In this document: in pieces, positions 54,073 to 64,000 of the stretch
Layout of the letters: every line of letters begins with the position of its first letter
How positions within the stretch are numbered: the first letter of the stretch is position 1
Source: Octopus vulgaris
Lineage: Eukaryota
Assembly (NCBI GenBank): GCA_951406725.2
Contig: OX597816.1
Location: 90,892,001 to 90,956,000, forward strand
Length of the DNA stretch: 64,000 nt
Direction: 5' to 3'
Notes under the pieces: model-generated
What the model was told of the DNA's origin: nothing
What the model saw: only the letters and a program-made list of their open reading frames with translations
The model's database searches: none
Translations under genes and position numbers: made by a program

Positions 54073-54265
54073 TAAGGCGGCGAGCTGGCAGTATCGTTAG
54101 CACACCGCAAAATGCTTAGCAGTATTTCTCCTGGTGCTACGTTCTGAGTTGAGATTCCGTCGTGGTCGGCTATGCCTTTCATCCTTTCGAGGTCGATAAA
54201 TTAAGTGCCAGTCAAATACTGCGGTCTCCCCACAAATTTCAGGCCTTGTGTCTATAATAGAAGGG

Positions 54266-54266
<1 letters not shown>
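54073..54266 (+). mobile_element. SINE family A within (TTA)n
   Basis: Homology to other copies. Confidence 0.85.
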
Positions 54267-54298
<32 letters not shown>

Positions 54299-54300
<2 letters not shown>

Positions 54301-54510
54301 GGCGGCGAGCTGGCAAAATCGTTAGCTCGCTGGACGAAATACTTAACGGTATTTCGCCCATCGTAATGTTCTGAGTCCAAACTCCGCTGAACTCGACTTT
54401 GCCTTTCATCCCTTCGGGGTCGATAAATTAAGTACCATTGGAATACTGGGATCGATGTGATCGACTGCCCCCCCCCACAAAATCCAGGTCTTGTGCCTAT
54501 AGTAGAAATG
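54299..54510 (+). mobile_element. SINE family A within (TTA)n
   Basis: Homology to other copies. Confidence 0.85.
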
Positions 54511-54694
54511 ATTATTATTATTATTATGTGAAGTATATTTGCCATTTAAATGTGGCTAACCACTAAGGGTGGATGCTACTCTAGCTTGTAACCCCAGGAG
54601 AACATCTTCTCCAGCTGGATATTGACATACTTTCTGTGCCCTATCAATATTTGCAAAGGGAAGCCATCCTTCTCATCGTCGACCTCAGTGATAA

Positions 54695-54737
54695 GCACGG
54701 ACCCGGGTTTCTGGGTATTTACCCGTCGTCAGCGCAC
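54695..54737 (-). ncRNA. Minimal type-I hammerhead ribozyme with intact core
   Basis: Minus strand reads GUGCG CUGACGA C GGGU AAAU ACCC A GAA ACCCGGGU C CGUGC: conserved CUGANGA, GAAA and GUC, with palindromic helix III. Confidence 0.72.
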
Positions 54738-55109
54738 GACAATCACCGGTCTTCGATGCGAAGAGAGTCCTTACCAACTCTCCACTCTTCTCCATTCAAT
54801 CATATATGTAGATATATGTATGTATATATATATGTGTGTGTGTGTGTGTCTATATACATATATATATGTACGTATGTATGTATACACACACACACACATA
54901 TATTACAGGCGTCTTTCTGATCCCGTCTACAAAATCCACCCAGAAGGCATTGGTCGGCACTTGTATAAGATTGAACTTGCAATGTAACTGAACGTAGCCA
55001 GACACTTTGTCGAACCTTTTCTTACAGTAGCCTTACTTCATTGATAGAAGCTAAAGCAATGTGTAACATGTGTATTTATATTTATATGTTTGCACACATA
55101 TATGTGTGT

Positions 55110-55110
55110 A

Positions 55111-55205
<95 letters not shown>

Positions 55206-55233
55206 CTATATATGTATACATATATATGTGTGT

Positions 55234-55270
<37 letters not shown>
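55110..55270. repeat. (TC)n(TATC)n(TA)n compound microsatellite
   Basis: Direct reading. Confidence 0.95.
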
Positions 55271-55276
<6 letters not shown>

Positions 55277-55574
55277 CTCCGGCTTATGTGACTCATTAGT
55301 ACAAATGTTCTTAAATTTTTGGAAAACCTATAAAGAACACAGAGCATAATCATTTCTCGTTTATTTATGTCTCGGAGTGTCAAAACTTTCGACGCACCAC
55401 TGTGATCTGATCATGATCACAGTTCCATGGCCTCTCTTTGAAATTTAGTTTCTGGCTTTCAGGTAGGTTCTGAGAGCCTCAGAATTTAAAAAAACATTTT
55501 TCTTGGACTCACAGACATGTGAATTTGCTATATAAACGGTACTTAACCTCTTGACACCAGCAGTCGTTAGCCAC

Positions 55575-55803
55575 TTAGCCTCTTAACATTCAGATTTAAT
55601 CTACCAAATGCAGTATTTATTTATTCACGTTGTTTTGAATTAATCAGATATTATCTTGTAGCGTCAAGATTTCCATGATATGATTATTTATTTTAGAATG
55701 ACATTGTAGGGTTGGCATAAGAGGTCAGATCTGTTTGGTTTGAGCAATAAAAGACGGAAAATATTTGGGCCAAATATTGTCGGTTTAAATGTCAAAGGTT
55801 TAG
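55575..55803. mobile_element. Degenerate piggyBac-like MITE
   Basis: TTAG CCTCTTAACATTCA... / ...TAAATGTCAAAGGT TTAG, resembling TTAA-CCCTTTAGCATT termini. Confidence 0.5.
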
Positions 55804-56151
55804 CAAACATTCCATTCATTTGTCTGTTACAACTTAACATGTATATATCATTATTACCGTTCCACCTTTTTCTTTCTCCCTTTCTTCTTTCTCTCTTTTT
55901 TATTCTTTTCTGTTTTCACATATCGTAATGGTCATTTTGAAAATATATATACCCTGCTTGTTATATACAAATATAAGGTGTTTTTGGTATATCATTTTAT
56001 GGTTCAAGTGTATAAAAATGAGATTCTTGTATGTAGACTAAATTATATTTTAAGTATGTGGAGTAAAAAACGGAGGGTAATGCCAATCTAGAAATATTAT
56101 CGATAAAATCATACCTATATGCATCCATCGATATAAACACACACACACAAA

Positions 56152-56235
<84 letters not shown>

Positions 56236-56776
56236 CATACGCATATACATATATATATACATATATACTTGTGTACATGCACTCACGATTGTATGTATAT
56301 AAACTAATTCTACGTGGAGAGACGAAGAAAAAATATACCCTTCATGTGTTTATCACCTTAGTATAACCCCATTGAAACTATGCTCGTATTCTCATACACA
56401 GATTGATTCAATTGTCCCGAGATTGTATGGAAGTGATCATATCTATACAAAATTTATTCACTGAACTAAATTGGTAGAAATAATGGAAGCTTCTTTGCAG
56501 TATAATTGTTCCAATGCTCGAATAATCTATCACTAATTCGCTAACATTTGCATAGAAACTGTCTTTCCTACGTAAATTCCAGGGAGTCCTGCACATGGTC
56601 CATCTTGACATGTTATAAAGTATACGGTATTTGTTATATTGCAGCTGAGAGCACGATCTGCTTGTGTTATTTTCTTTTAACTATTAGAGTAGAATAGTTG
56701 GAAGTAATAATATGAATATAGTGAAGGGTAAAGCATGGTACAATAACAACAAATTTGAAGGTGTAATATTTATGGA

Positions 56777-57030
56777 TGTGGAGGTGTGTGGCTTAGTGGT
56801 TAGGGTGTCAACAACATGATCGTAAGATTGTGGTTTCGATTCCTGGACCGGGCGACGCGTTGTGTTCTTGAGCAAAACAATTCTTTCACGTTGCCCCAGT
56901 CCACTCAGCTGGCAAAATGAGTAACGCTACAATGGACTGACGTCCCGTCCAGCTGGGGAACACGTACGCCATAGAAACCGGGAAACCGGGCCCATGAGCC
57001 TGGCTAAGCTTTACAAGGGTGCAAAAACAA
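56777..57030 (+). mobile_element. tRNA-headed SINE (D-type head, V-SINE-like core, tail Z)
   Basis: A-box TGGCTTAGTGG, B-box GGTTTCGATTCC, GTGTTCTTGAGCAAAAC core, ATGGACTGACGTCCCGTCCAG, A-rich end. Confidence 0.8.
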
Positions 57031-57307
57031 AAAAAAATACTTATGGATATCGCACCAAATAACGAATTACCGTATAAATTTAGGAGAACATTACATGAAT
57101 TTAACCGTATATTCAAAGTCATAGAAAAAGATAAACAAGAATAGCTATCAAATTCATCATTTGTAAGCCTTACTCTTCTCACAATCAAACACACATACAC
57201 ACAAATGCGCGCGCACGCACACACATATAGACTCTCGCGCGCATACACACATCTGTATACTGAGTGTTTGTATACATAAAATATCGAACAAAACGTAGAT
57301 GGCAGTA

Positions 57308-57332
57308 TATATTATTATTATTATCATCATCG

Positions 57333-57399
<67 letters not shown>

Positions 57400-57439
57400 C
57401 ATCATTATTATTATTATCATTATTAATATAATTATTATT
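57308..57439. repeat. (TTA)n microsatellite
   Basis: Direct reading. Confidence 0.95.
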
Positions 57440-57626
57440 GCCTTTGCACAGCTTCTAACGCTGGAGATGTACTACAGTGTCAGCTGTTCACTAAAAGTGA
57501 ACTAAGGTAACACCTCTTATTTTTCGAGCACCTTCCGGAGTATTCGAGCGGTTCCAAGTAGTGCTGTTTTCTGCAAGTGCTCCACCCTTATTGCAGCCCC
57601 TATTTGTTCCACGTAATTCTCGAAAT
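57440..57626 (-). mobile_element. R4/Dong-clade LINE 3' fragment
   Basis: Minus-strand FENYVEQIGAAIRVEHLQKTALLGTARILRKVLEK* plus 3'UTR plus (TAA)n. Confidence 0.85.
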
Positions 57627-57671
57627 AAAAAAAAATATTATTATTATTATCATTATTATTGTTGTTGTTGT

Positions 57672-58155
57672 TGAGTGAGAGAGCAGTTCATGCCATCAAA
57701 GTGACACTGGGGTAAAATATACGAAGCCCAATATACCCATCATGACTACCTGTCTGATAAGGGTACACCAGGCACATGCATCACAACCATATGTGCGCGA
57801 TATGGTGATCTCATATCAAGATAAACAGCACATGACCTTGCAGGTGGGGCCCAGTTAGAATTTTCTTCAGGTTGAGTAGTTCATCCCGCTCAAAAGGTTC
57901 CTGAATAAGGGTTGTTTAAGGATGTTGAAAGAACCACCCATGTTTCCAGAGGTTAATTATTCAAACCCCAAAGAATCCCTCTCAACACAGGGATATGATG
58001 CTCCCCCACTACTTCTGCTCGTGATCAGAGATGCACATATCGCCAGCCACTAAGGAACATGCTCAACTGGTTAAGGTCAAACAACTGACAAGCAAATCTG
58101 TGATATTGAGCAGAATATTTGCTGTAGCCCATCTTTTATACCAAGACAAAACAAT

Positions 58156-58157
<2 letters not shown>
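57672..58157 (-). mobile_element. ~550-bp (TAA)n-associated repeat, 5'-truncated
   Basis: Reverse complement of ~41119-41605; TAA runs on both sides. Confidence 0.9.
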
Positions 58158-58205
<48 letters not shown>

Positions 58206-58522
58206 CAAACTTAACAAAAAAGCAATGCATTTGAAATGTATAATTATCACAAAAACGTGATGATATAATTTGTAGCGAAAGACAAGCGGCAAAAAAAATC
58301 ACAACAAACAAAAGCAAAACAACTTTACTGCAGTTCTCGGTTGTATACAAATACTTTGGTAAATCCATTATGTCATCGTCGTAAAAGCTATGATTGTCGG
58401 CAATTTTGTACAAATAAACAAGAAGTCAAAAATGAAAAATTGATTTCTGTACGCTAGATAAATTAGTTAGTAATGTAAAAACGCGCTATTTCGTAGTACT
58501 CATTGAAAATTATACATTAATA

Positions 58523-59128
58523 TCTATCAGAATATATACTTGTATGTTCTGACTGGTCTGTATGTATGCTCAAGTGTAAGATATGAAAGAAATAACTCAA
58601 GATACGTGGAGAATTCTTCTTTTTCTTGTTTCTTCGTTATTTAGCCCGTCCGTAACGTTTTCACGCGATTAGTTGAAAGGAAGGAGAGGGAGTGAATAGT
58701 AGGAGAGAGAGTGGAGATGGAAGAGTGATATGGGGACGGTGAGAGGTGGTGGTTACTGAAGTGTGTAAATTTTTTAAACTAAGTTTTTTTCCTCCGTTAC
58801 TTAGCCCGTTTATAACACTTTCACGTCATTAGTCGAAGGGAAAAGCAAAGAGCGAAAGAAAAAGGAGAGAGTAAAAGAGGGTAAGGCGAATAAGAAAGAG
58901 AGATAGTGCTGTGTATGAAGTCTATAAAATTGTGCATAAACTATATAAAGTGCATTAAGTAATCATCGTATTCCAATTTCCTTCACTTTTGAATGATTAG
59001 CAAATGGGCGACTATCTTTTGATACAGACACAACACAGGTTACGTTTTCAGGATTTTTGGATAACGTTTTCAAAAATAACCGAAAAGGTTGACTATTAAT
59101 TCCGTCTAATATTAACGGGTCCCGCTAG
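58523..59128 (+). mobile_element. Probable non-autonomous Helitron
   Basis: 5' A|TC; internal diverged direct repeats (~58635, ~58796); 3' hairpin CCGTCTAATATTAACGG then CTAG|T. Confidence 0.45.
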
Positions 59129-59482
59129 TAATAATTATTAAAATAAGCTAGTATTGTAAATGTATGTATTACGTCATAGCTATGTATGTTTTCTTCTATT
59201 TCTAAAATATTTGAAATCTTCAAGGTACCTAACAAAGGGGTGTAGATACCAACAACAAATTCATATCGTGAACTTGAGAAAGTCTAGCAAACTTTTACTG
59301 TTCCACCTACAGATTGTATTTGTATCTAACTAGTAAAGTGCAAGTTTGTTGATTTCTTTTTCTGAAAATCCCAACTTTTCCAGATTGTCACAAGAATTTA
59401 TTCACAAACCCAAGAGCGCCAATTATTATATTTGTATGTATACATATGCACTTACACAGACACAGACAAAAACACAGACAAA

Positions 59483-59538
<56 letters not shown>

Positions 59539-59949
59539 TACATACATACATACATACATACATACATACATACAGGTCTTAGCAGGCCAAAACTAGTCAT
59601 CGTCAATACAATAATAATTTCGTATTCTACAAAAAATATTAAGTAACCCTTCATTCAGTTTAATACAAAATTGTTTTCATTATAACGTAACATAAAGACA
59701 AATATTTTATATGCGTGTATATGTACGTGTGCGCACTTGTGTGTATTAATGTTACGAGTAAGTGGACAAACGAAAGAAAAGGGCATTCTACACACTTAGT
59801 AGGAGTTACGTGTATTATTTAAAACAGTTTAATTCGACTCCTAGCTACTTTCGCGGGCCTCTAACATTAGCCCGTCTCTTATATCTAAAAGTAGTTTTTG
59901 ATAAATATATATATACATTTACTATATTAAATCTCTGAGCGAGATGTAA

Positions 59950-60312
59950 ACAGTGCCAAGGACTCCAAATTTGCTATCAAGATGTAGGACGAGATACTGT
60001 GATAGCCTGGGCTTCCGAGGCCCACAGCTCTTCAATATCCTCCCGAAGAACCTAAGAGACCTGCATGGGGTGGATGCAGATGTCTTTAAAATAAAACTGG
60101 ATCTCTTCTTGTCAGGTGTCCTAGATGAACGAACCAACTTCACGGCAGGAGGTGCAGATGAGGGCAGCTGCATCGAACTCTCTCATGCACCAAATGGCAA
60201 TTGCTACAAAGCATTCGTGAAGTAAAATCATGTAGCAACACCAAATGGCGGTGCCTCAGCATGGCCACAGCTTGTGAGCTGAAATTAGATAAAAATAAAA
60301 AAATAAAAAAAT
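59950..60312 (+). mobile_element. 5'-truncated CR1-group LINE
   Basis: [43 protein letters not shown] plus GGCGGTGCCTCAGCATGGCCAC tail. Confidence 0.85.
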
Positions 60313-60346
60313 AAAAGTAGCAATACTGTAACATTGGAATTGTAAC

Positions 60347-60435
60347 ATTGCCAACCAAGTGTGGCGTCCTATACGGGACAGTGCTACTGGCGTTTATAGC
60401 ACTCCCCGTATAGGACGCCACACTTGGTTGGCAAT
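60347..60435. repeat. 89-nt near-perfect hairpin
   Basis: 31-bp perfect arms, plus a further AGTGCTA/TAGCACT stem and a 10-nt loop. Confidence 0.92.
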
Positions 60436-60457
60436 TATATAAATATATATATATAAT

Positions 60458-60608
60458 AGGCTCAGGCGTGGCTGTGTGGTAAGAAGCTTGCTTCCCAACA
60501 ACATGACTCCAAATTCAGTCCCACTGCGTAGCACCTTGGGCAAGTGTCTTCTACTATAGCCTCGGGCCTTGTGAGTGGATTTGGTAGACGGAAACTGAAA
60601 GAAGCCCG

Positions 60609-60663
<55 letters not shown>

Positions 60664-61195
60664 CGTGATCACCGTGACTGACCAGGCTATCAGATGTTAC
60701 TACACATCGCTGGTCACAATGTGCTTCGCATTGTTTTAGCCTTCAAATGACGCCACCCCGCTGGCTAAGCGAGCAGGCCAACAGAAGAAAGAGTGAGAGA
60801 AAGTGGTGACGAAAGAGTACAGCAGGGATCGCCACCAACCCCTGCCGGAGTCTCGTGGAGCTTTAGGTGTGTTCGCTCAATAAACACTCACAACGCCCGG
60901 TCCGGGAATCGAAACCGCGATCCTACAACCGCGAGTCCGCTGCCCTAACCACTGGGCCATTGCGCCTCCACAGATATATATGTATATATTCGTGTGTCTG
61001 TTTGTCCTCCCACCATAGCTTGACAACCAATGTTGGTATGGTTACGTCCCCGTAACTTAGTGGTTCTACAAAAGAGAGCGATAGAATATGTCATAAGCTT
61101 ACAAAGAATAAGTCCTGGGGTCGGTTCGTTCGACTAAAGGCAGTGCTCCAGCATGGTCGCAGTCAAATGACTGAAATAAGTAAAAGAATAAATGA
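60458..61195 (+). mobile_element. SINE family B interrupted by a family C insertion
   Basis: 5' half 60458-60610, (TA)n, 3' half ~60990-61195. Confidence 0.88.
60661..60971 (-). mobile_element. tRNA-headed SINE (C-type head plus tail Y) nested in the family B microsatellite
   Basis: Head GGAGGCGCAATGGCCCAGTGGTTAGGG..GGTTTCGATTCCC; ends (TCACGGTGA)2. Confidence 0.85.
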
Positions 61196-61202
61196 ATATG
61201 TA

Positions 61203-61257
<55 letters not shown>

Positions 61258-62240
61258 ATGTATGTATGTATGTATGTATGTATGTATGTATGTATGTATG
61301 TATGTATTAGTCTTCTTTCTGTCCTTTTAGAATTAGTGTGGGCTTTTCTGAACCTTTGTACGATCATGTAATATGTTGTAACTGTTTTATTTTTCTATTA
61401 ATTCCGAATATTTGATATGTCATACAGATGTATAAAATATCAATTACTCTTCTATATTCTTTTCCACTTTATCTCAACGTAGATTTTAGTGTATCTGGTA
61501 AGGGGGAAATTTGTGATTCTAGTAAATAGGAAAATGAATATATAAAATGAGGACTTTTAAGCTGTAATTCCCATATGCTTTAACTTTCTTGAACTCATTT
61601 AACCCAAATATCTTTAAAATCTTTAATTTGGAATCCGAACATTTTGATGTCCTTATTTATCCATTTGAGAGTATTCGTTGCACATTCTTGCAAAGAGTCA
61701 TCTAGAATAAGAGGAACTCATTTAATATCAATTTCTCCTTTATGACCGTTGACGTCAGCGAAATTCTCTCGAAATTCTCTCGGCCCGCACATCTGACAAA
61801 ATTTGTAAGAAGAAAAGAGTTAGAATGTCCTCGTTGTTGTTTACTACTGGTTGAGGGGGCATGTTGGTGGTTACGCTGAATTTAATCAAAACTCCCATAA
61901 AGCTTGAAATCGTGATAGTCTCCTCGTTAAACTTGAGTTTATACCAAAAATGTTAATACAGCATGACTAAATACATATATGACTATACGTTTATCCTTGC
62001 GCTATAATCACTTGGGAATTATTACATCTCGAGATAACATATGTTTCTGACAAACGAACGGTTGCAATTTCGATCTAGTTGAGTTTCATTCATCTTCTGC
62101 CAGACAAAACTCACCATGCCCTATTAATCAGACAGTTTTATAAATAAATATAAATTCTAAATGTCTTTTTTTAAAAAATAAATTCATAAGCTCAAATTGT
62201 ACTTTTCTCGTCGAAATAGCGCCAGATTTACACGACTGGA

Positions 62241-62285
<45 letters not shown>

Positions 62286-62431
62286 TTCTAATTGCAGAAT
62301 AAATAAACAGCTTATGAAAGTATATAAGATTCTGGCTATACCACAGTCGAATGAAATCCAACTGGGTCAGAGCTGCATGTTATCACTTGGTTATAGTTAC
62401 CAATTTTAAACCCAGTCTATGATATCTATCT

Positions 62432-62433
62432 AA

Positions 62434-62511
<78 letters not shown>

Positions 62512-62516
62512 ATCCA

Positions 62517-62551
<35 letters not shown>

Positions 62552-62589
62552 GCGTATATATATATTTATATATATGCATATATTTATGA

Positions 62590-62649
<60 letters not shown>

Positions 62650-62650
62650 T
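62432..62650. repeat. (TATC)n/(TC)n/(TA)n compound microsatellite
   Basis: Direct reading. Confidence 0.95.
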
Positions 62651-63177
62651 CTCATATATTATTAAATAGTTCAAATGCTCTAATGGTGTGTTATATAACT
62701 CGTGTCATAAATAAATATTCTCCAGCTGAAGATCCTTTCCACTGAGTTGTTTCAAATTATCTCCCATAGATTATGATCTCTGTGTCTAATACTCACAAAG
62801 CTAGCAATCTGGCATTTCTGAGATATTTATTCTCAAAACAGTTCTATGTTTCTAGGCCAACTAATATATAAATCTTGTACACTGGTGATTCTCCCATCAC
62901 TATTTTGGCAAGGGCGATGGAGTCTATGTTCGACTGTCGCTTACAATCTGTTATTTTTTTTACTGGTTACAGTCATTGGACTGAGACAGGCTGGGGTACC
63001 ACCTTCAACGCTTTCAGTCGATTATAGAGACATTTCTACTTATTTTACGCTTATTGACATAACACTGCTTTTTACCACCGGTATTCATAAACATATAAAC
63101 ATAAACACTGACAAGGACAAAGCTAGACGCACAAACACACACATATACACGTATATACATACACATACATGTGTGTA

Positions 63178-63220
<43 letters not shown>

Positions 63221-63432
63221 GTATATATATATATATATAACATTTATATTTATATATATATACAAATATATATATGTATAAATATATAACAATATGTGTA
63301 TGTGTGTGTATACACAACGCCCATCTGCATACATATGTGTATATAGATGCATGTGTATATTGTGTATGCGAGAACACGCACACACACACACTCACACACA
63401 TGCTCACACACACATGCTCATACACACACATA

Positions 63433-63583
63433 CACAAGGTGGGACTGAAAAATTCCTGGCTTTAAGGGTATCATAAGAGGCCTGGTTCAAGGCCTAAACT
63501 TCCGAGTTCTTTTACAGGGCTTAGAAAAACTGAAAATCACTGCAATAAAGTGTGCGAATCTGAGAGGGGAATATATTGCATAA
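63433..63583 (+). mobile_element. Mariner-derived non-autonomous fragment
   Basis: TIR-like ACAAGGTGGGACTGAAAAATTCCTGGC, followed by a frameshifted mariner C-terminus-like segment (GLRK..C.NLRGEYI*). Confidence 0.55.
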
Positions 63584-63680
63584 CATTATAATCAACTGTA
63601 TTTTCAACTGTATAAAGAAATACACTATACACAAACATATCCGTACACATATCCATGATATATATAAATATATATACAGT

Positions 63681-63716
63681 CTTTTACGTTTCGAGCCTAC
63701 GCTCTTCCGCAGAAAG
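63681..63716 (-). ncRNA. Minimal hammerhead-like motif with one core substitution
   Basis: CUUU CUGCGGA A GAGC GUAG GCUC GAA ACGU A AAAG: perfect stems I and II, palindromic ACGU helix III, A6 replaced by C. Confidence 0.6.
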
Positions 63717-63768
63717 GAACACAGAAAGAAACAAGGAGAGAAAAAAAATCTGTTTAGTGAAGGAGAGG

Positions 63769-63818
<50 letters not shown>

Positions 63819-63819
63819 T

Positions 63820-64000
63820 GTGGTGGTGGCAGTGGATCTCCGTCGACAACTAAGTGGATTTAGTTGTTTCGCCTGCTGAACAACCTGCTCCTGAATTAGT
63901 ATGTGAATGACTGAACATTCCATAGACTCGTGTATCTTTAACATAATTCTCAAGCCGAACCAACGGGATACAATGCGTGACAAATCTGTGGAGTTTGAAT
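63820..64000 (-). mobile_element. SINE tail X fragment
   Basis: Homologous to 52255-52430. Confidence 0.7.

Noticed and set aside
56777-56850. tRNA-like sequence (also at 60900-60971 and 52555-52625)
   Set aside because: It has A/B boxes but no closed acceptor stem and continues into the SINE body, so it is a SINE head and not a tRNA gene
61330-61750. Purine-rich minus-strand coding-like stretch
   Set aside because: Multiple stops and no recognisable motif

Overview
This is AT-rich, repeat-dense eukaryotic DNA with very long (TA)n, (CA)n, (TATG)n and (TAA)n tracts. The SINE repertoire and microsatellite load strongly suggest an octopus (coleoid cephalopod) genome; this is an inference from repeat families I recognise. 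I can find no intact host protein-coding gene, and almost every ORF in the track is a microsatellite artefact. Recognisable content: many tRNA-headed SINEs (at least 4 modular families), 3' fragments of CR1-group LINEs, R4/Dong-clade (RLE) LINE fragments inside (TAA)n, and RTE, L1/Tx1 and Penelope remnants. DNA elements are an internally deleted IR/DR Tc1 (DD34E), degenerate mariners, hAT, piggyBac and Merlin-like MITEs, and probable Helitron pieces. Most interesting signals: (1) minimal type-I hammerhead-ribozyme-like motifs with palindromic helix III, one with an intact catalytic core (54695-54737, minus strand); (2) a (TAA)n-targeting system of Dong/R4 LINEs with a covarying 3'UTR stem-loop plus a ~550-bp non-coding companion repeat; (3) a 613-bp fold-back element with an 8-bp TSD and TTAGGG repeats in its spacer; (4) several long near-perfect palindromes abutting microsatellites; (5) two splice-bounded plus-strand exon candidates, possibly a lncRNA. 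Coordinates of degenerate repeats are approximate (read by eye).
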